From the IMG/VR virus record IMGVR_UViG_3300022744_000034, positions 1 to 54,186 of that record: a stretch of DNA of 54,186 bases. One strand, 5' to 3'. The position numbers and the translations under genes are program-made. The stretch's first letter is position 1. The number at the start of each line of letters is the position of its first letter. The notes below the pieces were generated by a model. That model was not told where the DNA came from, did no database searches, and was given only the letters and a program-made list of their open reading frames with translations. This document shows, one piece after another, positions 9,299-17,339 of this stretch. This stretch comes from a virus (lineage: Duplodnaviria > Caudoviricetes).

Positions 9299-10030
9299 TT
9301 ATGCCTCGTACCGATCAAGGATTTGCTGGCAGAACCCGGACCGCACCACGTCCTGTCGAGTGAAGGTGACGACGCCGACGCCGCGCATGTCAGCGAGTTT
9401 GACCAAGGCGTCTGCGAGCCCGCTCTCGCGGCGCAGGTCCGACTGGCGGGTATCTCCTTCCAGACAAACTTTCGTGCCGTCGCCCACGCGGGTGAGCAGC
9501 ATCTTGATCTGGGCCGGCGTCGTGTTCTGTGCCTCGGTACAGTGGATGAAGGCATCCGAGAAACTCGATCCGCGCAAATAGGCCATCGGCGCCACACGAA
9601 TGCGCCCTGACTTCAGCAGCAACTTGACGTGTGAGGGGCCAAGGCGCTCTTCGAGAATGTCCATCATCGGCAGCGCCCAGAAGAACATCTTCGATTCGAG
9701 TTCGCCCGGCAGCGCGCCGATCTTCTCGTCCTCGCCATCCACCCCGATCAGGGGCCGAGTCAGAATCAGGCGATCAATCTTGTGCTCGGCCAGAAGTTGG
9801 GCCGCGTAGGCGAGTGCGACGTAGGTCTTGCCCGTGCCCGCGCTCCCTTCCGACAGCGTCAGGGTGTTCGAGCGCAGGCTGGAAAGCAGAAGCCGCTGGG
9901 CCTCGGTCTGAGGCGTCAGCGGCTTCGGGGGAGTAAACCTTTCCCGGTCAGGCTCTTGAACAAGGTGGAGGGCGGGGGTGTCTGGCTTGCGCTTGAACTT
10001 GGCCATCAGGGACTCCAGGGTTTGAGTCAC
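9299..10030 (-). CDS. phoH: PhoH-like ATPase
   Basis: GSAGTGKT, IGALPG, YLRGSSF, EAQN, LLTRVG, GD..QSD, VVRS motifs. Confidence 0.92.
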   Translation of the reverse strand: MTQTLESLMAKFKRKPDTPALHLVQEPDRERFTPPKPLTPQTEAQRLLLSSLRSNTLTLSEGSAGTGKTYVALAYAAQLLAEHKIDRLILTRPLIGVDGEDEKIGALPGELESKMFFWALPMMDILEERLGPSHVKLLLKSGRIRVAPMAYLRGSSFSDAFIHCTEAQNTTPAQIKMLLTRVGDGTKVCLEGDTRQSDLRRESGLADALVKLADMRGVGVVTFTRQDVVRSGFCQQILDRYEA

Positions 10031-10107
10031 TATAAGCCATTTCTATGGCAGCATCAACCTTCCTTATCGGCATGCGTTAACTTGGCACAGGATTTGAGTC
10101 TGACAAC

Positions 10108-10773
10108 TTAGGCGGTCACGGGCTTGCCACGGTCAGTACAGCGCTTTGACCTCGTTAAAGCGTCCTCCGGTGCCCATCCCATTTGTAACCTACGCGCAAC
10201 CACGCAGTATTCGATACCAAGCGGCTCGGCGTACTTGGCTACAGATTGCGCTAGGGTTAGTGTCTCACCCCATACAGTGATGAAGCGATTGCTTCTTCGG
10301 TTATTGGCCTGCTCAGTTTTTGTAGCCCACTTACAGTTTTCCCTAGAGTACGGACCGTCATTATCGATTCTCTCGATGGAGTACTCTGGCCCTGGCCTAG
10401 GCCCCATGTCATTGTAGAAGTTTTCATAGTCAGCCCACTCATCACAGACCGTGATGCCCCGCCCACCGTACAGCGGGTAACTTCGCACCCTCGGGTTTCG
10501 GCACCTGTTGTGAATGTTCTTCCAGGTTTTATACTCAGGGCACTTATTTGCCATACCGTGCGTAGTTAGCCTGGATATATTAATTGCTAGTTTGTGGCAT
10601 CCGCACGACTTAGTGTGCCCATTCGTAAGGTTGCAGGCTGCGACTACAACTTCGCTGCCGCAATTGCACATGCATAGCCACTGAACTCTACCTGTTGTCG
10701 AGTGCTTAGGGCCTTCACGCAAAACCGTTAAGAAGTTATACGTGTTGCCAGCTAGGTTTATTTTTCTTGTCAT
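10108..10773 (-). CDS. Free-standing HNH endonuclease
   Basis: C.CG...KSCGC...HG...YGGRGITVC..W...DMGPRP...SIERIDNDGPY...NCKWAT..EQANN; likely start ATG 10773. Confidence 0.85.
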   Translation of the reverse strand: MTRKINLAGNTYNFLTVLREGPKHSTTGRVQWLCMCNCGSEVVVAACNLTNGHTKSCGCHKLAINISRLTTHGMANKCPEYKTWKNIHNRCRNPRVRSYPLYGGRGITVCDEWADYENFYNDMGPRPGPEYSIERIDNDGPYSRENCKWATKTEQANNRRSNRFITVWGETLTLAQSVAKYAEPLGIEYCVVARRLQMGWAPEDALTRSKRCTDRGKPVTA

Positions 10774-10909
10774 TCTTATCAGCCTATAAAACGGGCTGAG
10801 GTCTGCACCCAAACCGTCTGAGAAGGGCGCAGGAGCCCACGGCTAAGGCACAGACCTCAGTACCCTGCAAAGTTCTCGGGCGTTCTCAGGCGCCGTGTCG
10901 AGAGTTTGC

Positions 10910-10938
10910 AATTTACTTTATCTAAGGCAGTCTGTCAA
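10910..10938 (-). promoter_or_regulatory. Sigma70 promoter for the HNH/phoH genes
   Basis: Minus strand reads TTGACA-17 nt-TAAATT, overlapping the terminase stop. Confidence 0.6.
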
Positions 10939-12629
10939 CTTACGCGGTTTTCTTTCACCTTAAAAGTCGACAACATTGGTAGTCTGACAGTTGACGAACG
11001 ACCTGCGTGGATCATATGGGCAGCTACCCATGCGTACAGTGTTGCATGCCAGGCGTGGTCGACCCCCTTTTGCGACTTTTGCCACTTCACGGATAGTTCG
11101 TGATCACGGTCAAAGGTCTTTATACGCTTCATGTCGCAGGCGTGCGCGATCCATGTCTCATCCGTATTATCCTTACGCTTCTTTACGAACCCCGACTTAA
11201 CATTCTCCATAAGAACGTCAAACGCACGATCTCGGTTGATGTTTACCATTCGCAGGTCGAGTTTCGCCTTGTCAATATTTGCCTCCTGGTCCCGAACAGT
11301 AAACGCTTCAACGCTCTTGTTCTTTGTGTAGACTGCCGCGAACAAATTCGCCGACTCAAGCTGCATTCGGTACACCGATTCGGAGTAGGGCATCGAATCG
11401 CAGACAGCCATTCTCACGTTGTACTGCCGTGCCAGTTCAGACCGTCGTTCCACTAGGCTCCTAAGTGGAATCGCCTCAACATGCACGACAATGATGGTTT
11501 GGTCAGGCATGACGGCCGCGATAACACAGTACGATTCAACGCCAAGGTCCAACCCCATAACATAGCTGAAACCCTTGGACGGCATCTCGTCGATGAGGCA
11601 TCGCCGCATATCCTCGCGCGTAAGCGTCGAGTCTTGTGACTGTGCGGTCAGACCGAGCGTGTTGTTCATCCAGTCTTCACGCAACGAGTATCTTGTGGCG
11701 GCCTCAATCATGTAGCCGGGCGTGTTGTAGCGAGGCACATCAATCGGGCTGATGTGCCAGCCGTGCCTGCGGCCTTTGTACCCAGTATTCTCTGGAACCC
11801 ACTCCCTGTACTCAGGCCCTAGATCCGGCTGTTGTCCGCAACTTGGGCATGCGACATATGCGTCAACATACGAGGGGTGTTTCTGCAGCAAGGAAGGGGT
11901 GATGTTGTAAAAGTCGAAGCCGGGAGCGTTAGGCACACGAACGTCATTGAAGAAATCGAACCAGTGCCACGACCCGCAGTGGGAACACTTGTACATCCGA
12001 TAATGCTTTAGAGAGTCCTTGAAATCTTCGTCAATAGCAAAATCCGGCAGTGTTGGCGTACTCAGACTAATCCTGTGCCGGTGCTCGCTGTGCGTAAGGC
12101 GGGACGTGTAGGCCGATAGAATGTCCTGATCGCAAAAACATGACTCGTCCATGTAAAGCGCTGAGGCCGGGATAGACACCGCTTGCGCCCCCGTAACAGC
12201 CCCTCGCGCGTAAATAAACGAGCTTCCAAAACGTTTCACCTCAGAAGAATTCAGTGCCGGGTCAACAGCATTGCGCATGGCGGGGCTGTCGTTGATGATC
12301 GGGTCAGCCCGCGTCTTCATGAACGTGGTGGCGAATTTGCTTGAGGGCAGGACGTAGATTACCGTATAGCCCTTCATGATGTTAACGCGAGCAAGTGCCC
12401 ATCGGATGGAAAGTTCCGATGCTCCGACCTGCGACGGTTTGATCAGTGCGTGCTCAGGCGCCTTGGACAGCAACGGGCCGAGTTGCCACTCGTGGTCCTT
12501 GAATGACCATGGCCTCCCATTAACAAAGGTATTCTTCTCCATCCAACTCGGTAAAAGGCCAAGGTTATTGTTATACGTCGCCGAGACCTTCAGCCGGTTG
12601 ATGTGTGTACTCCACAGTTCATTGCCCAT
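10935..12629 (-). CDS. terL: Terminase large subunit (GpA-like)
   Basis: KPSQVGASE Walker-A-like motif, YMDE Walker B, STPT coupling motif, CxxC pairs, MGLDLG nuclease motif, C-terminal DHAWHA. Confidence 0.88.
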   Translation of the reverse strand: MGNELWSTHINRLKVSATYNNNLGLLPSWMEKNTFVNGRPWSFKDHEWQLGPLLSKAPEHALIKPSQVGASELSIRWALARVNIMKGYTVIYVLPSSKFATTFMKTRADPIINDSPAMRNAVDPALNSSEVKRFGSSFIYARGAVTGAQAVSIPASALYMDESCFCDQDILSAYTSRLTHSEHRHRISLSTPTLPDFAIDEDFKDSLKHYRMYKCSHCGSWHWFDFFNDVRVPNAPGFDFYNITPSLLQKHPSYVDAYVACPSCGQQPDLGPEYREWVPENTGYKGRRHGWHISPIDVPRYNTPGYMIEAATRYSLREDWMNNTLGLTAQSQDSTLTREDMRRCLIDEMPSKGFSYVMGLDLGVESYCVIAAVMPDQTIIVVHVEAIPLRSLVERRSELARQYNVRMAVCDSMPYSESVYRMQLESANLFAAVYTKNKSVEAFTVRDQEANIDKAKLDLRMVNINRDRAFDVLMENVKSGFVKKRKDNTDETWIAHACDMKRIKTFDRDHELSVKWQKSQKGVDHAWHATLYAWVAAHMIHAGRSSTVRLPMLSTFKVKENRVS

Positions 12630-12681
12630 CGGTGCCTTCTTCTTTTTGTTGTTAGGCGACTGCTTGTTACAACTATAGCGA

Positions 12682-13131
12682 TTAGCCTATGGCTTTATTT
12701 TTTTCCGCAATCACTTCATATCGCTCGAAAAACGCGGCTTTCTCTTGATCCGGCAGTGTCTCAATTGCTTCAAGCAAGGATGTTTCCATCCGCTTGAGTT
12801 GTTCGTCGCGGCCAAGGTCGCTTTGCATCTTCACCAACTGCTGCAAAATACTCGCGACCGAATTGGTCACCTGCGCCTGCTGATTGGCCGGAATATCTTC
12901 CGACGACAACGTTTTCGCCTGCAATTCCACCACGCGATGGTATTGCAATACGAGTTCTTCCTCCAGATTCATCTGCTGAAGCGACGTTGAGGGCAGCGCC
13001 TTGTCGATAGCGCGACGCAAATCCAGTAATTCTTCGATTGATTTATAGCTCAGGTCCGGTAAACCATGCAGCGGTGGGCGAATAAACGCCTCACCGCTCT
13101 GGATTCGCCCTAATTTTTCGTGGTCGATCAT
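12682..13131 (-). CDS. Probable terminase small subunit
   Basis: 149 aa helical protein immediately upstream of terL; positional call. Confidence 0.5.
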   Translation of the reverse strand: MIDHEKLGRIQSGEAFIRPPLHGLPDLSYKSIEELLDLRRAIDKALPSTSLQQMNLEEELVLQYHRVVELQAKTLSSEDIPANQQAQVTNSVASILQQLVKMQSDLGRDEQLKRMETSLLEAIETLPDQEKAAFFERYEVIAEKNKAIG

Positions 13132-14156
13132 TCGTTTCCTTTGCCTCTGAAGTGGCTTTCCATCACCAACAGGATTTCAGCCACGGCCGCCTGGTGGTGC
13201 AGGCTCAAGGTCAGCGGCTCCATGTTCATTCTGGCGAGTTCGGCACGAAACAAGCCCTCGATCACGGCCGCGTCCCCGCCGCGCTCCTGTGCCAATTCCT
13301 CAAGGCTGATCTCGCCGTTCAAATAGGCGATCAACATGCGTCGTAGCGACGCTTCCCGCCAATTCTTGACTGGCATACTGCGTTTTTGCGTCTTTGTCAA
13401 GAGAAGATGGCGGGATTCAGCCCATTTCCGCCAGGCAACGGCGTGTCGCGGCATCTTCTTGTCAATTTCCCAGGCCAATGCCGAGCGAAAACTCGGGCTC
13501 CAGGCGCTCATCTCGTTCAACGTCTGCGGCCGCAGCACGCTTTCGACATAGCGATGCAGCGTTCGTTTCGAAATTCCGGTGGTTTCTGCGGCTTTGACCA
13601 CGCTCATGCGCCCCTTGATGATGTCAAGAGCGACGGGTTGCGCTTTTTTTGCCGTGAGTTTGTAGCGTCCGTCCGCCTTTGGCTTAGCCTTGATCGATCC
13701 GGGCGCCATCCCGTAGCGCCGACGCAGGTTGTGGACCGTGCTCAGGCTCATGCCCAGGCGCTCGGCCGCGTCCTTCGGGCTCAGCGTGCGGGCGTCGAGC
13801 GCCTTCAGCGTCTCAACCATGAGCGGCAGCCGGTCGTTCCAGTGGGTCAGGATGGTCTTGATCGCGGAGTCGGGCAGGGCGCTGGTGTAGGGGCGCCCTT
13901 CATAGGCGGCAAGCAGCGCGTCAAGGTCGCCGCGCTCCTTTTTCAGCGTCTTCACCGGCGTTGACTTGCGCTCGGCGAAGACCAGCAACTCGTTGATTTC
14001 CACGTCGAGGGCGTTGGCCAGCGCGATGACCCGCTTCGGAGGCACGGCGTTGTGCTTGATCCACTTGATGACGGCCGTTACGGACAGGCCCAGTTTGTGG
14101 GCCACCTCGGACGGCTTTTGAATGTAGTCAGAAAGTTTACTTATTTGTGTTTCCAT
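13128..14156 (-). CDS. Multi-HTH DNA-binding protein (Cro-like N-terminus plus three further HTHs)
   Basis: VAHKLGLSVTAVIKW; DAAERLGMSLSTVHNLRR; KAAETTGISKRTLHRY; ISLEELAQERG. Confidence 0.7.
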   Translation of the reverse strand: METQISKLSDYIQKPSEVAHKLGLSVTAVIKWIKHNAVPPKRVIALANALDVEINELLVFAERKSTPVKTLKKERGDLDALLAAYEGRPYTSALPDSAIKTILTHWNDRLPLMVETLKALDARTLSPKDAAERLGMSLSTVHNLRRRYGMAPGSIKAKPKADGRYKLTAKKAQPVALDIIKGRMSVVKAAETTGISKRTLHRYVESVLRPQTLNEMSAWSPSFRSALAWEIDKKMPRHAVAWRKWAESRHLLLTKTQKRSMPVKNWREASLRRMLIAYLNGEISLEELAQERGGDAAVIEGLFRAELARMNMEPLTLSLHHQAAVAEILLVMESHFRGKGNE

Positions 14157-14255
14157 CTTTTTATTGTAGTCCCTGTGTTTTCGCCCTCGCTCTTGGTTTT
14201 ATAGGGTGGACGTGTGTTGTTTTTGGAGCAACGGGTGGTTGTTTACCCGACATTA

Positions 14256-14284
14256 AGTTTAAAAACGCTATTAATTTGTGTCAT
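14256..14284 (-). promoter_or_regulatory. Sigma70-like leftward promoter
   Basis: Minus strand reads ATGACA-17 nt-TAAACT in AT-rich DNA upstream of the multi-HTH gene. Confidence 0.5.
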
Positions 14285-14471
14285 TCGTCACATACAATGC
14301 TGTCCTCGACGCTTAAGATGCCTCCGTTCCTGATGTGCAGGTCGGGTAGCATCGCAATTGTTCACGCCTTTAACTTATATGCCTGCTATTGGATGGCTGA
14401 AAACACATTTTGCAGAGTGCGTGGCACTGCACATGGCTAACGTGTTGACCTTTTCATGAGGTGTGTCAAGT

Positions 14472-14807
14472 TTAGTCGGCAGCAGGGTGTTGGGCAAGGT
14501 GGTCTTCGAGAATGATGCGGAGCACGCCCTCGAATGTGAGGTGGGTGCGGGCGATGACGCTTCTCAGGGTGTGGATGCGGTCCGGGTCCATGTAGACGGT
14601 CGTGGGTCGGACCGGGAGCGTGCTCGTGGCCCCGCGTTTGATGTGGCGGCTGATGGCTTCGGCGACGTGGCTGAGGTCGTTGGGCTTTTTCGTGCTGATA
14701 TAGCAGTCGAGGATGTTGTTCAGGGCGTCGCCCGTGGGGCCGCTCTGGCTCTTGATGTGGTCGAGGATGTCGTCGGGTAGGCGCATGGAGAGGGATTTTT
14801 TGGGCAT
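14472..14807 (-). CDS. Ribbon-helix-helix-like regulator, possibly two tandem RHH units
   Basis: KSLSMRLPDDILDHIK and TTVYMDPDRIHTLR...FEGVLRIILEDHL; RBS AAAGGA. Confidence 0.6.
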   Translation of the reverse strand: MPKKSLSMRLPDDILDHIKSQSGPTGDALNNILDCYISTKKPNDLSHVAEAISRHIKRGATSTLPVRPTTVYMDPDRIHTLRSVIARTHLTFEGVLRIILEDHLAQHPAAD

Positions 14808-14821
14808 GTCCGTGTCCTTTG

Positions 14822-14926
14822 AGGTCTATTTAAGTATAGATATAACTGCACTTGGGGGCAAGGTCTATTTAATAGTGACTAGAAAAGTTTGACGGCTGGC
14901 TATAGTTAATAGTAACTAGAAAAGTT
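14822..14926 (-). promoter_or_regulatory. Promoter of the RHH gene with two pairs of direct repeats (candidate operators)
   Basis: Minus strand TTGCCC-17 nt-TATACT (14861-14833). AGGTCTATTTAA at 14822 and 14861; TTAATAGT(G/A)ACTAGAAAAGTT at 14869 and 14906. Confidence 0.6.
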
Positions 14927-15084
14927 CCTGATTTTGGTTGGTTTGCAGAAGGGTGCTGTCTAGGCCCTCGATCCCCTTTCCGACACAAAAGCTCTCCCGT
15001 CACCGAACGGCGACCATGACAACATCATCGAACCATGCGCACCAGACGACAACAAATAATCACGTCGAAACCCACAAATAATGC

Positions 15085-15113
15085 TTGCACTACTATCTAG
15101 ATTGCACTATAGT
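15085..15113 (+). promoter_or_regulatory. Rightward (early) sigma70 promoter
   Basis: TTGCAC-17 nt-TATAGT, with TTGCACTA repeated inside. Confidence 0.65.
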
Positions 15114-15193
15114 TTAGTCACTGCAACACGAAACGCGCCGCTTCCAGGGAAGCGACCATTGCCCGGAACATCGGGCTTTTACTGGAGACTGAC

Positions 15194-15871
15194 ATGATCG
15201 CCACCGCCACCGCCACCGCCACCGCCACCGCCACCGCCGTCATGAGCGTGGCGGGCGTGGGCCTGCCCGCTTCCCTCCCGCGATGGGAGGCTGCCGCGCT
15301 AATCCGTTCCCTCATTGGGAACGAGAGCGCCATCATTGCCCTTGCATCGAACAAGGCGAAGGCTGAAGCCGCGCTAGCGGTTTCACTTGGGATCGCGCTG
15401 CAAAGCGCGATTTTCGGAGACCAATCCGCTCTCAAGCGGATTGAAGGTGCTGCGCGTGCCCATGCCGAAAAGCATGGGTTGTTGGCGAAAGCCGACAAGG
15501 CTGGCAATCGTGCCCTTAAGGGCACGCTCGGGAAAATGATCCAGTCCTTCAAAGGCGCTGCCACGTTTGGCAGCGCATACAGGGACTTGCAATCCCCACA
15601 CTTCGACTTGCAGGGGATGCTCGCATCCCCTCTTTGCCCGGCTTTGCCGGCGCCGAAGGCCGAAGCCACGACCGAAGCCACGACCGAAGCCACGACCGAA
15701 GCCACGACCGAAGCCACGACCGAAGCTCCGGAGCGCAGCGCACGGGAGCAGCAGCAGCGTGATCGTGCCGCAAAGGCACTGCGCAGCATGCGCGCCACCA
15801 TCCGGGCCATGAAAGCGGCGCAGGATGCGCCGGCCCTTCCGGCCAAGCGCCGCAGCAAAAAGGTGGCCTAG
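15194..15871 (+). CDS. First early gene: Ala/Lys-rich protein with (AT)6 and (EATT)5 repeats and a basic tail
   Basis: GGAGA RBS; 225 aa; ends PAKRRSKKVA. Confidence 0.7.
   Translation: MIATATATATATATAVMSVAGVGLPASLPRWEAAALIRSLIGNESAIIALASNKAKAEAALAVSLGIALQSAIFGDQSALKRIEGAARAHAEKHGLLAKADKAGNRALKGTLGKMIQSFKGAATFGSAYRDLQSPHFDLQGMLASPLCPALPAPKAEATTEATTEATTEATTEATTEAPERSAREQQQRDRAAKALRSMRATIRAMKAAQDAPALPAKRRSKKVA
15200..15238 (+). repeat. Tandem (GCCACC)x6.5
   Basis: Read directly; in frame. Confidence 0.95.
15662..15726 (+). repeat. Tandem (GAAGCCACGACC)x5.4
   Basis: Read directly; in frame. Confidence 0.95.
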
Positions 15872-16878
15872 GCCACTAGTCAAACCCCCGATCGGGGGTT
15901 TGACCAAAAGAGAATGCGTATCATTCTCTTTTGGTCAAACTCAGACCGGTGAAGCGAATCCAGCCGATGGTGATCCATCGGCATGGTGCAGCGAATCCGG
16001 GCGCTCTTTCGACCCTAGGGTCGTCGGCAAGGTTGAGCATCCTTGCCGGTCAAAATCCGGTTATCCGCTAATACATGGGGCAAAGCCTGTGCCGCGTGTG
16101 GTGCGATGAATCCTTGATGCGCCGGTAAAACGGTCGCAAGGTGCAATCAATCCAGACAAAGCCTGTGACAAGCAACATGGTGAGTGCGCGGATAAATCAG
16201 CAGCAGCTAGCACTCGCCCGAAAGGTGCAGAGTGCGCGCTTAACCCGGACAGGATCACTTGCCGAAAGCCCGACGTGGCTGGAAGCAGGGTAGGGGCTTG
16301 TCCAGGGCGTGCCAAAGCAGATGCTAATCCTGTCCTGATACGACGAAACGCACGGTTCCGTGCTTTGCGAAGTAGGCTATCGGACCCGCAGGGTTAGCAA
16401 AGATTGAGCATGTATGCGCAGTGCGGTAAGCCCCGTCGTGAGACTGGCGCGAAACCGCACCGATCGGGGAGTCATGACACGATACGAACCATGTACGGCG
16501 TAGCAAGCAGGCATGGCGTCCCCGGCCCGGCAGACAAGCCGGATCAAACACCCTTACAGCACAAATCGATCAGACGCACATTCCGGCCTATCGGGGATCA
16601 CTGCGCCGCGCTGTAAGGGCAGCAAGGATGATGTAAGACCCTAGGCGAGTCCCAAATTCGCCCTGAAGGGTCACGGTCCGGTCGCCAGTATGAAAGCCGA
16701 ACGCGATCGGAACCGAAACGTCATCCTCGACCTTGCTCGAAGCATTGGAAGTCAAGCGCATCCTTCGGGGTGTGCTTGACTGGCAATGTTGCCAAACGGC
16801 CGTCCGCGCCACGTTCAAGGCGCGGACAGGCTTACCCTTGTCCGCCCGCCTAGAAAGGCACCAGCGGGCGCTTTTTTG
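15872..16878 (+). ncRNA. Candidate ~1 kb highly structured non-coding RNA
   Basis: No credible RBS-led ORF. More than 12 local and long-range helices, G-U-compatible pairs, cUUCGg and GAAA tetraloops, ending in a terminator-like hairpin. Confidence 0.6.
16843..16878 (+). terminator. Intrinsic terminator-like hairpin
   Basis: CGCCCGC...GCGGGCG followed by CTTTTTT. Confidence 0.6.
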
Positions 16879-16890
16879 TTGGAGATAGGG

Positions 16891-17061
16891 ATGAACAAGA
16901 ACAGCAATCTTAACCGCGTGTTCCACGCACTAAAGAGGTACCACGCCGGCCGCAACATGAGCCGGCGCAAACTGAAGGCCCTGGCCGTTATCACAGTCAA
17001 GGGGAACCCATGGTTCCACAGGTTTGCGAAGGGGCGCGACACCGCCCCGTGGCTGGGATGA
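16891..17061 (+). CDS. Small basic protein (56 aa)
   Basis: GGAGA RBS; ATGA overlap with the next gene. Confidence 0.6.
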   Translation: MNKNSNLNRVFHALKRYHAGRNMSRRKLKALAVITVKGNPWFHRFAKGRDTAPWLG

Positions 17062-17285
17062 ACACCCCCAGCCCGCGCCGAAAACGGCGCAAGACCCTCA
17101 AGCAGGCCGCCTACTGGGCGGCTTTTTTCGTTGTGGCCGCGCTCTCGACCACGGCCGCGAGCCACATTGGCGCCTACATGGCCGACGCCAGCACGAGCCA
17201 AGCCAACGGGCTTGCCCTATTGGGCGGCCTGTTTGTGGCTCTAGTCAGCCTCATCGGCTGGCTTTGCTCGGTTTTAGAGGACTGA
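17058..17285 (+). CDS. Small two-TM membrane protein
   Basis: Basic N-terminus followed by two hydrophobic segments. Confidence 0.6.
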   Translation: MNTPSPRRKRRKTLKQAAYWAAFFVVAALSTTAASHIGAYMADASTSQANGLALLGGLFVALVSLIGWLCSVLED

Positions 17286-17339
17286 GAGGCGCTGAGCGCG
17301 AGCAGGCGCGATGAATTTTCACACGCCTAACAGCAAACC

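Noticed and set aside
15879-15904. Protelomerase (telRL) site
   Set aside because: No protelomerase in the window, and the phage has int plus attP; kept only as an unexplained palindrome.
16330-16365. Hammerhead ribozyme (CTGATA...CGAAAC)
   Set aside because: Core is not CUGANGA and there is no stem II between the core segments.
15975-16878. Group II intron (CGGCATGGTGCAG resembles a IIC 5' region)
   Set aside because: No domain V or VI, no RT ORF and no interrupted gene found.
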